Origin: an uncultured Methanomicrobiaceae archaeon
GTDB taxonomy: Archaea; Halobacteriota; Methanomicrobia; Methanomicrobiales; Methanoculleaceae
Length of the DNA: 64,000 nucleotides
Direction: 5' to 3'
NCBI GenBank assembly: GCA_963826525.1
Contig: CAWGXH010000003.1
Coordinates: 32,001-96,000 of the forward strand
The notes below the pieces were generated by a model. The model was given only the letters and a program-made list of their open reading frames with translations. It had not been told where the DNA came from and searched no databases. Below, piece by piece: positions 20,059-29,016 of the stretch (its first letter is position 1; the number at the start of each line of letters is the position of its first letter). Made by a program: the position numbers and the translations under genes.

Positions 20059-20340
20059 ATGGAACCGCACAACCTGAACATGGCCGCAGAACCCTGCCGC
20101 TGGTGCGGCGGCACCGGCAGGAGCAACGCGCTTCACCACCGGCATCCGCCGGGCCCCTGCCGTGCCTGCGCCGGAGCCGGCAGCGTCCTCGTCTACCTGC
20201 CGGCGGTGGCATGCCCGGGATGCGGTGGTACAGGCGTGCACAACGCCCCCGACCCGGCTTTCGGCAGCGTCCCCTGCCACGACTGCTCCGGCACCGGATG
20301 GAGTTTCTTCATCCACCGTTTCGATGGCGACGGCGTCTAA
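20059..20340 (+). CDS. Small stand-alone DnaJ-type zinc-finger protein
   Basis: 93 aa with four CxxCxGxG motifs (CRWCGGTG, CRACAGAG, CPGCGGTG, CHDCSGTG). Confidence 0.8.
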   Translation: MEPHNLNMAAEPCRWCGGTGRSNALHHRHPPGPCRACAGAGSVLVYLPAVACPGCGGTGVHNAPDPAFGSVPCHDCSGTGWSFFIHRFDGDGV

Positions 20341-21842
20341 CGATCGGCGGCGTCCGTGCCCGGGGTGACCCGCTCGATCCGGGTCTCCGGCTGGATGACG
20401 AGGTTGTAGGCGTTGTGTTCCCTGTTGTAGCGGACGACGACGCCGGAGATCCGGACGATATCGCCATAGGGAGTGTTCTGCAGAATATATCGGTTCTCGC
20501 CCTTCAGGTAGCGGGGGACGATTGCATAGACGGGGTTTGCGGGCGTCCCGTCGCAGAGTTTGTAGACCTTCGATTCGGCGTCCCCGAGGTTGCCGGACAT
20601 AACCGCGGCGACGACGTTGATCTGCCTGTTCTGGTGCCGCTGGAGTTGCGAGAAACGGGCAACCTTCGCCCCGGGGGGTACCCGGTAGGCGCAGCGCGCG
20701 AGGCTGTCCTTCCGGATTGTAGCCGAGGAGTACTTGATGTCGGTATTGACGAACCGGTAACCCTCGGAACCTTCGGCAAGCCCCTTCATCAGCCGTGTCG
20801 GGCGGATATCGATCTTCTGTTCGAACGTCCAGCACCGGGCAGGGTTGCAGTGCGTGCCCCAGAGGAACGAGCACGGCCGGTAGATGGAGAGGCCGCTGTC
20901 TGCAAGCGCCCGCACGGTCTGCCGCATCGTGGTCGCGTTGGCGAGATCCGCGGGCTCGACGATGACGATCGTCCCGTCGTCCGCGAGACGATCCGCAAGG
21001 GAGAGGACGAGCTCGGCTCGTTCTTTGACGGAGATCTGCCGGAGTTCGTTCAGCACGTTCGAGAAGACCATCAGGTCTATCTTACCCGGGACGGCACCCT
21101 TCGGCAGTGCCTGCAGATCGGCGAGGAGCGGCTTCTCAGCGGTCACCCTCCCGCCGGGTTCGGCCGCCGGAGGAACGAGGGCGTTGTAGGCCTCGAGGTT
21201 CTCTTCTGAGCGGTCGATGGCAAAGATGCGGGCACTCCCCTGCCCGAGCCGGTCGAGGAGATCGATGATCGCGAGCGGCACGACGCCGGGGCCGGATCCG
21301 ACGTCGAGGATCCGCATTCGCTCCTTGACGAGCCCGTCCTCGATGAGCTGCCAGAGGATATGCTCGAACTGCACCAGGTAGACCGGGGCATGGTAGCCGA
21401 GATAGCCGAGCACCTGGTAGCCTTTCTGGTATCTGCCAGCCTGCTCTCTCCAATAACGGCTCTTCTGGGCCAGGATGGTGCTCCTCATCCGTTCGAGCAC
21501 TGTTGGGTCGTCCCACGGTTTTCCTGTCTTCTTCTCGACGTACGCCTCGATGAGGTGCTGGATGCTCTCGGGAACGGCGGGAGACCGGAAGAACGCCTCC
21601 TGGCGCCGTCGACCGCCTTCGGTTGGGGAAAGCGGCTCTGGCGGCGGCATCCGCGCGAGCTCGTAATCCTCGCCCCGGGGGCGGATCGTAAGGTCGAGGC
21701 CCTGGAGGGCGGGCTCTATCGCTGCCGCGAGATCCGGCAGCGACCGCTCGTCTGCCAGGCACTGCCTGACTTCGGAGAGGCGGAACTCCGGCGATCTCGC
21801 CGCCAGATATTTCAGGGTTGCAATGACCTCCTGCTCGCTCAT
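20337..21842 (-). CDS. Class I SAM-dependent methyltransferase, Rsm22/METTL17-like
   Basis: ILDVGSGPG, FSNVLNEL, IVIVEPA, PC.....C....CW.F, C-terminal OB-like domain. Confidence 0.75.
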   Translation of the reverse strand: MSEQEVIATLKYLAARSPEFRLSEVRQCLADERSLPDLAAAIEPALQGLDLTIRPRGEDYELARMPPPEPLSPTEGGRRRQEAFFRSPAVPESIQHLIEAYVEKKTGKPWDDPTVLERMRSTILAQKSRYWREQAGRYQKGYQVLGYLGYHAPVYLVQFEHILWQLIEDGLVKERMRILDVGSGPGVVPLAIIDLLDRLGQGSARIFAIDRSEENLEAYNALVPPAAEPGGRVTAEKPLLADLQALPKGAVPGKIDLMVFSNVLNELRQISVKERAELVLSLADRLADDGTIVIVEPADLANATTMRQTVRALADSGLSIYRPCSFLWGTHCNPARCWTFEQKIDIRPTRLMKGLAEGSEGYRFVNTDIKYSSATIRKDSLARCAYRVPPGAKVARFSQLQRHQNRQINVVAAVMSGNLGDAESKVYKLCDGTPANPVYAIVPRYLKGENRYILQNTPYGDIVRISGVVVRYNREHNAYNLVIQPETRIERVTPGTDAADR

Positions 21843-21986
21843 GGTCTTATCTCCTCTCCCGCTGGGTTAATAGCGGTTGTGGAGCGGGGAACTCGTGCCC
21901 GTCTCTTCGAGGCTCACGGACAACTGCAGATCCTCCGTGGAGAATCGCAAACCCGGGCGGGTGCAGTGACCGGGAGCGCCATACGC

Positions 21987-22574
21987 TCAGCATTCGCGGC
22001 CGGCATCCCGGCCGAGCCGGAACGCTTTTTCGTTGATCTCGACCGTCTTTTTCGGGACGCACTTCCTGACCGCCTCGAGAAGCGCCTCCGGCGAGAGCGG
22101 AATATCGTTCGAGGCGGCACCGAGCAGGACGATGTTCTGTGCGAGCAGGCTTCCCGCCTCTGCGGCGAGCGCCGCTGCATCGATGGAGGTGACGGAAAGC
22201 CCCGCAAGATCGGCGAGAATCTCGTCCTCGCTCGGGACGCGGAGGTTCTGCATGTATACCGAGGTCGGGGCGACAAACCGGCTGTTCGTCACGACCCTGC
22301 CGCCCTCCGGCAGGTAGTGGCGGTAGCGGAGCGCTTCGAGGAGATCGAACGCGATCAGGAGATCGGCAGTCCCCGGTGCGATCAGCGACCCGTGCTCGGC
22401 GCCGATACGGACGTGGTTCTCAACCGATCCCCCCCGCTGGGCCATCCCATGCGTCTCCGCACTGCGTACCGGCTTTCCCTCGGCGATGCACGCCTCCCCG
22501 AGGACGTTTGAGGCGAGCACCGTGCCCTGCCCGCCGATCCCGACTATCAGAATATCGAATGACTCCTTCATCAT
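21987..22574 (-). CDS. iorB: Indolepyruvate ferredoxin oxidoreductase beta subunit
   Basis: GIGGQG, ETHGMAQRGGSV, NEKAF..G. Confidence 0.93.
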   Translation of the reverse strand: MMKESFDILIVGIGGQGTVLASNVLGEACIAEGKPVRSAETHGMAQRGGSVENHVRIGAEHGSLIAPGTADLLIAFDLLEALRYRHYLPEGGRVVTNSRFVAPTSVYMQNLRVPSEDEILADLAGLSVTSIDAAALAAEAGSLLAQNIVLLGAASNDIPLSPEALLEAVRKCVPKKTVEINEKAFRLGRDAGREC

Positions 22575-24337
22575 CTCCCCTCCTTTCGAATGGCGCCTGC
22601 AGGACAGATGTCGGCGCAGACACCGCACCCGGCACAGAGATCGGTCACCGTCGCTCTCTCCTCCGTGAATGCAATGGCCGGGCAGCCGAACGAGAGGCAG
22701 ACGCCGCACCCGGTGCAGCGCTCCGTATCAACGGCGTAGGGCTTTCGCTTCATCCCGGCGCGGCGTGCCGAGATAACGCAGGGCTGCTTTGCGATGATCA
22801 CCTTCACGCCGCTCTTCTCCTTCGCCTGCCGGAAGGTGGCGAGCAGCATGGGCAGATCGTACGGGTCGACCGTCTCCACGAACGAGACGCCGCAGGCGCG
22901 GCAGATGGCATCGAGCGAGATCGGGGTGCTCGCTTCTCCCATGGCCGTCACACCGGTGTTCGGATTCGGCTGGTGGCCGGTCATGGCGGTGATCCGGTTG
23001 TCGAGGATCACCACCGTCATATTTGCGCCGTTGTAGACGGCGTTCAAGAGGCCGGGTATCCCCGTATGGAGGAAGGTCGAATCCCCTATGGTGCAGACGA
23101 CATCCCGCTCCTCGCCGGACTGCTTCATCCCGCTGCCGACCGTGATCGAGGCGCCCATGCAGATCGTCGTATCGACGCCGCCGAGCTGGAGGCCGAGGGT
23201 GTAGCACCCGATGTCGCTCGGGAATACGCCGTCTCTGAAGACCTTCCGCATCGCGTAGAAGGTGGAACGGTGCATGCAGCCGGCGCAGAGGATCGGCGGC
23301 CGCGGCGGTATTCCTTCGATTGGGGAGGCGGCCCGGAAGGATCTCGTCGGTGCAAAGCCGGCCTTCTCCATAGCAAGGGCGACTTTAGCGGGGGAGAGTT
23401 CCCCCTCGAAGGGAACGGTGCCGGAGAGTTTCCCGAAGACCTCGGTCGTCGTTGCGACCATCCGTACCGCCTCCTCGACGATCGGTGCGAGCTCCTCGAT
23501 GACGAGCAGGCGCGTATGCCGGTCGACGAACTCCCTGAGCCAGTCTTCGTCGATCGGGTATGCCCCCACCTTCGCAAAGGAGACGTCGTCCGGGATGACT
23601 TCCTGGACGTAGGATGCGGCAACGCCGCTCGCGATGATCCCGGTCTTCCCCCGGATCTCGGCACGGTTGTAGCCGAGTTCGACGAGCCGCCTCTTGATCG
23701 CCGGCTGCTTCTCGTTCAGCTTCACGTGAAGCACGCGGGTGTGCGCCGGGATCACCACGTACTGCTTCGGGTCGCGGCGGAACGTTCCTTTGCGGTGTTC
23801 CTGCCCGATCTCGCCGAGCGTGACATCGCTCTTTGAGTGGCAGATACGCGTCGTCGGCCGGAAGATGACGGGGAGAGCGAACTCCTCGGAGAGGGTGAAT
23901 GCATCCCGGATCATATCGTGCGCCTCCTGGACGGTCGCGGGGTCGAGGCAGGGTATCCGGGCGAAATGGGCGTAACAACGGGTGTCCTGTTCATTCTGAG
24001 AACTGTGTGCGAAGGGATCGTCGGCGGAGAGGACGACGAGCCCTCCCGTAACGCCGGTGTATGCACTGGTCATCAGGGGGTCCGCTGCAACATTCAGGCC
24101 GACGTGCTTGGTCGTGAAGAGTGCGCGGGCAGTGCACCACGCCGCTGCGAGTGCGTTCTCATAGGCGACCTTCTCGTTCGTCGACCACTCCACGTAGAAC
24201 GATCGTTCCTCCTGCGTTCGCAGGAGATCTATCACTTCAGAAGAAGGCGTTCCCGGATAGCCGCTTGCAAAATCGATATTTGCCTCAAGGCATCCGTGTG
24301 CGATGGCCTCGTTCCCGAGTAGGTATCGTATTGCCAT
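22571..24337 (-). CDS. iorA: Indolepyruvate ferredoxin oxidoreductase alpha subunit
   Basis: GNEAIA.G, GYPGTPSSE, NEKVA, KHVGLNVAAD, SSQNEQD, CAGCMH, GDSTF.H; C-terminal 2x[4Fe-4S]. Confidence 0.95.
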   Translation of the reverse strand: MAIRYLLGNEAIAHGCLEANIDFASGYPGTPSSEVIDLLRTQEERSFYVEWSTNEKVAYENALAAAWCTARALFTTKHVGLNVAADPLMTSAYTGVTGGLVVLSADDPFAHSSQNEQDTRCYAHFARIPCLDPATVQEAHDMIRDAFTLSEEFALPVIFRPTTRICHSKSDVTLGEIGQEHRKGTFRRDPKQYVVIPAHTRVLHVKLNEKQPAIKRRLVELGYNRAEIRGKTGIIASGVAASYVQEVIPDDVSFAKVGAYPIDEDWLREFVDRHTRLLVIEELAPIVEEAVRMVATTTEVFGKLSGTVPFEGELSPAKVALAMEKAGFAPTRSFRAASPIEGIPPRPPILCAGCMHRSTFYAMRKVFRDGVFPSDIGCYTLGLQLGGVDTTICMGASITVGSGMKQSGEERDVVCTIGDSTFLHTGIPGLLNAVYNGANMTVVILDNRITAMTGHQPNPNTGVTAMGEASTPISLDAICRACGVSFVETVDPYDLPMLLATFRQAKEKSGVKVIIAKQPCVISARRAGMKRKPYAVDTERCTGCGVCLSFGCPAIAFTEERATVTDLCAGCGVCADICPAGAIRKEGR

Positions 24338-24395
24338 ATCCACTCTAAATGTACCTCAATCATCGGTTTTTAAGATACTGATCTGAAATCCGATT

Positions 24396-24409
24396 CAAAA
24401 CCCTTAATA
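24396..24409 (+). promoter_or_regulatory. Putative BRE/TATA promoter of the tRNA gene
   Basis: CAAAACCCTTAATA about 35 nt upstream of the tRNA 5' end. Confidence 0.5.
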
Positions 24410-24444
24410 CCTACGACGAGAGAAGTTGTAGGTAGTCCCCGAGG

Positions 24445-24517
24445 GGGCCCGTAGCATAGCTGGTGGTGCACCCGGCTGATAACCGGGAGGTCATGCGTTC
24501 GAATCGCATCGGGCCCA
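24445..24517 (+). tRNA. tRNA-Ile(GAU), no intron, CCA not encoded
   Basis: Acceptor stem GGGCCCG/CGGGCCC+A; anticodon arm CCCGG-CT-GAT-AA-CCGGG; T arm ATGCG-TTCGAAT-CGCAT; pyrimidine tract downstream. Confidence 0.97.
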
Positions 24518-24983
24518 TTTTCCCTCCTTTAAATCTCTATTCGGCTAAAACCGGCTTTCTGCATCCGCTCTTGGGCATCTGTTTTCGGCGATCTCTGATC
24601 TTGCCTCTGCACCTTGGAAATGCGCTTTCCCCTTCATGGCCGGGGCGCTTGTCGACTCCGTGATGCGCGCCGGGGTATGTGTCGTGGGGCACGTTTCCGA
24701 AGACCCAACTCGGGCGGCTTCGGCAGTCCGGGACGGTTTTCTCCGCCGAGGCGCTGCGCCCCGCTCCGGTACGTCGTGAAGACTGGTGGGGGGCTATGCC
24801 GATCTCGTCTCCGGGTTTTGCCCGGGGCGCCTTGGCGGCGGCTGAGGACGGGCGGGCAGATATTGGAAGTAGCGGGAAGGGAAGAATTGTTCTCGGTCGG
24901 GCCCGCGACCCGGAGACGCTACGGTGCAGCGCCGCGACGCTCCTTCTTGAAGGATTAATATCCCCGGCATGCCTATTCTCTGT

Positions 24984-25436
24984 ATGGATAAAAACCAGAA
25001 GGTCGTCCTGGTCGTCGGACTTCTTGCGGTTCTGGGACTGCTCTTCATCAACATCTACCTCGCACTCATCGCCCTCGTCATCGTGGTTGTTCTCCTGATG
25101 AGCCTGCGGATCATGAGCGATACCGTCGATAACCCCGATATCGTCGCCGTGCTGGACGAGGATGCGAAAGGAGTGACCGTGAAGAACCAGGGGAATGCCG
25201 AGGCGTTCAGGATTCACGTCGCCGTCGTTCCGCTCAATATCGAGTTTGACGTGCCGTCCCTGAAAGTGGATGAAGTGTCGGAGTACGCGCTGCCGGCGAT
25301 GATCGAGCAGGCAAAAGCGGTTGTCACCTACGAGAACGACCGCGGCCAGAAATATGCAAAAACCTACATGCTCTCGGCGCTCGGAGGCGATGAGGATCTG
25401 TTAAAACCGGTATTCCCACTCTTCGGGTGGAAATAG
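24984..25436 (+). CDS. Hypothetical membrane protein (two N-terminal TM helices plus a beta-rich domain)
   Basis: Hydrophobic N-terminus; VTVKNQGNAEA CARDB-like strand; PVFPLFGWK end. Confidence 0.75.
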   Translation: MDKNQKVVLVVGLLAVLGLLFINIYLALIALVIVVVLLMSLRIMSDTVDNPDIVAVLDEDAKGVTVKNQGNAEAFRIHVAVVPLNIEFDVPSLKVDEVSEYALPAMIEQAKAVVTYENDRGQKYAKTYMLSALGGDEDLLKPVFPLFGWK

Positions 25437-25438
25437 GG

Positions 25439-25963
25439 TTATGTGGATAGGTACTCGAGTGTCTTGCCGAGGGCATCCACGAGTTCCCTCTCTTTCTGCA
25501 GATACTCCCGCATCGCCCGGTAGAGCATGAACACGATCTCATAGCCGTAGAGCTCGAGCGCGGTAGCCGCATCGAGAGGACTTTTGTACGAATCGATGCG
25601 GATCTCGGTGGAACTGTACATCAGTTCGTAAAAGGAGCCGTCTTCGGAGAGGACACAGAGCTGGGTGTCGACCGCCTTGCTCATATCGTCCGGCCGGTAC
25701 GCGAGCGGCTCGGTCTTCCCAAGGAGGATCATCTTCTCGGAGTAGAATTCGGGATCGTAGAGTTCCCCGTTCGCATCCTTCCGTGCCCGGAAGAGCATGG
25801 CAAGGCCGATCCGGGAGACAAGCGGTGCGGTCTCTCCGGCCATGCGGGCAAGGAGGGCGCTCTCCTGCTTTCTGACCTCCGCTGCACGCTCTTCTTCGAC
25901 ACCGGCGAGTTCCTTGAGGCTCTCGATCAGTCGGGTATACCCCTCTTCAATAATCTCGTCCAT
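25439..25963 (-). CDS. Hypothetical protein
   Basis: GGAG RBS before ATG 25963; 174 aa with natural composition and helical termini. Confidence 0.75.
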   Translation of the reverse strand: MDEIIEEGYTRLIESLKELAGVEEERAAEVRKQESALLARMAGETAPLVSRIGLAMLFRARKDANGELYDPEFYSEKMILLGKTEPLAYRPDDMSKAVDTQLCVLSEDGSFYELMYSSTEIRIDSYKSPLDAATALELYGYEIVFMLYRAMREYLQKERELVDALGKTLEYLST

Positions 25964-26030
25964 AGGTCGTCTCCACTCTTTTTGGTCGCTCTGATTATTC
26001 TCTTGCCGCGCCGCGGATAAACGTGCCGGA

Positions 26031-26837
26031 TCAGCGTCCGTTCCATACCCGTGCCGCAACTGCGGCAGCATACCCGGCGGTGCCTATCAGGATGATCGTC
26101 GCTCCCGAGGGGACGTCGAGGAGATACGAGAGCCAGATCCCGCCTGTCGTGTAGAGAATGCCGAGTGCGACGGAGAGGAGCATCATAGGCCGTATCCGGG
26201 AGGTGAACTCCGCGCTGGTTGCCGGAGGGAGGGTGAGGAGCGCGATCACGAGGATGATCCCGACAACCCGGATGAGCATCACTACCGTGCATGCAACGAG
26301 GGCGAGGAGGAGCAGGTAGAACGTCCGTACCGGCAGGTTCATGATCGTTGCGTACTCTTCGTCGAAGGTCACCGCGAGAAACTCATTGTAGAAGAGGAGA
26401 ACCAACCCGACCGTAACGGCGACGAGGCCGCCCATCAGCCAGAGGTCTCCCGCAGGGACGAGGAGGATGTTGCCGAAGAGGTAACTGAAGAGGTCGGGAG
26501 CAAAACCCGGCGTGAGATAGACGAAGAGGATGCCGACTGCCATTCCGGCGGCCCAGACCGCCCCGATGAGCGTATCCATCCGCTGCTTTGCAGAGAGACG
26601 CACGGCGCCCATGCCGAGTGCGGCGGCCAGGGTGAACCCGAAAGCCCCGAGGATCGGATCGATCCCGAGATAGTAGCCTAGGCCAATCCCCCCGAACGAT
26701 GCGTGCGAGATCCCGCCCGCTATGAAGACCATCCTTTTTACGACGACGTAGGTTCCGATGACACCGCAGGCGACGCTGGCGAGCAGTCCTGCGAGAAGGG
26801 CGTTCTGGAAGAACGCATACCCGAGCACCTCGAGCAC
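26031..26837 (-). CDS. znuB: Zn/Mn ABC transporter permease
   Basis: GGISHASFGG, YLFGNIL, TFDEEYA, VGIILVIALL..P. Confidence 0.9.
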   Translation of the reverse strand: MLEVLGYAFFQNALLAGLLASVACGVIGTYVVVKRMVFIAGGISHASFGGIGLGYYLGIDPILGAFGFTLAAALGMGAVRLSAKQRMDTLIGAVWAAGMAVGILFVYLTPGFAPDLFSYLFGNILLVPAGDLWLMGGLVAVTVGLVLLFYNEFLAVTFDEEYATIMNLPVRTFYLLLLALVACTVVMLIRVVGIILVIALLTLPPATSAEFTSRIRPMMLLSVALGILYTTGGIWLSYLLDVPSGATIILIGTAGYAAAVAARVWNGR

Positions 26838-26840
26838 GGA

Positions 26841-27609
26841 CTACTCCTCCTCCTCGTGTTCGCGGAAGATCCGGTGGGGCAGGCCGTGAGCGATGAGATC
26901 GACCGGGCAGTGGTACGTGGCGGAGAGCATATCCGCGGTGATCTCAGGTCGAGTCGTGCGTGTAGAGCCGCCGGTTGAGGCAGGCAACCTTCGTTACGTG
27001 CGACGAGATGACCCCGATATCATGCGTCACGAGGACGATCGTCATCGCTGCCAAAAGCCGCTCCAGAGTCTCGTAAAACCGCATCTCGGTCGGGGCGTCC
27101 ACGTAGATGGTCGGCTCGTCCAGCAGGAGCACCTCCGGCTCTCCTGCAAGCGCCCGGGCGATGATCGCGCGCTGCTGCTGACCGCCGGAGAGCGCCCGGA
27201 GTTCCCGGTCGGCGAGATCGCCGATCTCCATCATATCGAGCGCTCTTGCCGCATGGTCGTAGTCCTCCTCGCGGTAACGCCGGATAGGACCGGGGATGTG
27301 GCCGAGCCTGCCGGAGAGCACCATCTCCATCACGGTGATGGGGTAGGAGAAGTCGAAGGTTCGGAACTGGGGGACATACCCGAGCAGCTGCCGCTTCTCG
27401 CGGGGCGAGCCGCCGAAGATACGCACTCTACCCTCCGAGGGGTGGATCAGCCCGAGGATCACCTTGAGAAGCGTGGTCTTGCCGCTCCCGTTCGGACCGA
27501 TGACGGCGTAAAAGTCCTGCGGACGGATGGTGAGGTTCACGCCCTCGAGTACGGGTCTTTTCCCGAGCCAGACCGAAACGTCCTCAAGAGCGATAAGAGG
27601 GTCCATCAT
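26841..27609 (-). CDS. znuC: Zn/Mn ABC transporter ATP-binding protein (frameshift at ~26946)
   Basis: GPNGSGKTT, LSGGQQQR, LDEPT; C-terminus EITADML..YHCPVDLIAHGLPHRIFREHEEEE* in the next frame. Confidence 0.9.
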
Positions 27610-28508
27610 GCCTCTTCGGGCGTGGTAAACGCCTCCGCCACCGTCCGCATATTCGCGGTGTAGTTCCGTGCGAGCGGGGAAACCAGCACGACCCTGCCGC
27701 CGACCTCGGCCGCGATGACCTCGGCACTCCGGGTCGAGAACTCGGGCTCCGCGAAGATGACGGTGATATTCTCTGCCTTCGCCTCTTCGATAAGGCGCTC
27801 GAGGCCCTGGGGCGTCGGCTCTTTCCCGTCCTCCTCGATCGGTACCTGGGTCAGGCCGTACTCGTTCGCAAAGTACGTCCAGGCCGGGTGGTATACCATG
27901 ATCTCCCGCGTCCCGCTCTCTTCGATAGCCCGGCGGATCTCCTGATCGAGGCTCTCGAGCTCCTGCAGGTACGCATCTTTGTTCTGCCGGTAGTACTCCT
28001 GATGCTCCGGATCAACGGCCGCAAGCCCCGTGTAGATGTTCTCAACCATGACTTCTGCGTTCCGGGGCGACGTCCAGATGTGCGGGTCGGTCTCCGGGGT
28101 TCGATCAGGTCGACCCCCTTCGAGCAGTCCACGACGAGCATCTCCGGGGAGAGGGCGGTGATCTTATCCATCCATGCACGTTCGAACTCGATGCCCGATC
28201 CCACCTTCGCGTACATCGCCGCCTGACTGACGGCCGCCAGGTCTCCCGGGGTCGGTTCGTAGGTGTGCGGGCTTGCTCCCGGGGGCACCATGATCGCAAC
28301 GTGGACGCGATCCCCCCCGACCCGTTTCGACGAACTCCGCCTGCGGGGGGATTGTCACGGCGACGGTGATCGCGTCATCCGCAGCATCCGCCTGCTCCGC
28401 ACCGGTGCATCCCGCCGCTGCAGAGAGCAGAAGAAGGGCGGCAAGTGCGGCACAGAGGGGATAGGCGCTTCGCAGCAGCTCTCGTATATTCCCGATTGAA
28501 GGTATCAT
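27606..28508 (-). CDS. znuA: Zn/Mn ABC transporter substrate-binding lipoprotein (frameshifts at ~28327 and ~28097)
   Basis: AAGC lipobox, TIPPQAEFV, PGASPHTYEP, DPHIWTSP, YHPAW.YF, spread over three frames. Confidence 0.88.
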
Positions 28509-28524
28509 TCTGCGTCCTCTCCTG

Positions 28525-28543
28525 ATTTGGTATCGAGCTAAAT
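28525..28543. promoter_or_regulatory. Candidate DtxR/MntR-type operator
   Basis: 19-bp imperfect palindrome ATTTGG-N7-CTAAAT between the regulator gene and znuA. Confidence 0.5.
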
Positions 28544-28557
28544 TCGGTGCGCTGTCC

Positions 28558-29016
28558 TCAGGCCGTCTTTCCGGGACAACAGCAGCAGATATCGTGCTCG
28601 ATCTGGCCGCAGACGCTCATCATCGGGTGGCCGAGCGATGAGCAGATCCTGTCGACCAGATCTTTGGAGATGCAGCCTTCGAGTTTCCGTGCCTCCGTGC
28701 AGGCCTCCTCTGCCGAAAGGCCGAACCGGCTGAGCATGAGAGCGACGATCCGGTGGCGGCGGACGAGAAATCGTGCGTATCGCTCGCCTTCGCACGTCAG
28801 CGCAAAACCATGGTAGGGGGAATGCTCGAGGTATCCCGCCCGTGCGATCTCTTCGAGCGTCTTCGTGGCGGTCGACGGGGCGACCGCGAAGTGTGCGGCG
28901 ACGTCCGTGGTCCTGGCCGTTTCGCCGCGGATATGGATGTATTTGAGGTACTCTGCCTTTTTTGCGGAGAGTTCGTGCCCGCTGATCCCCTGCATGCGGT
29001 GTAGTCTTGCGGTCAT
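28558..29016 (-). CDS. DtxR/MntR family metal-dependent transcriptional regulator
   Basis: EYLKYI, HTH TTDVAAHFAVAPSTAT, LT.EG..A..LVRRHR, EA.KLE; Cys-rich tail; start 29016 or 28995. Confidence 0.88.
   Translation of the reverse strand: MTARLHRMQGISGHELSAKKAEYLKYIHIRGETARTTDVAAHFAVAPSTATKTLEEIARAGYLEHSPYHGFALTCEGERYARFLVRRHRIVALMLSRFGLSAEEACTEARKLEGCISKDLVDRICSSLGHPMMSVCGQIEHDICCCCPGKTA

Noticed and set aside
24445-24983. Integrated element at tRNA-Ile
   Set aside because: No integrase, no visible attR duplication and no cargo with atypical composition.
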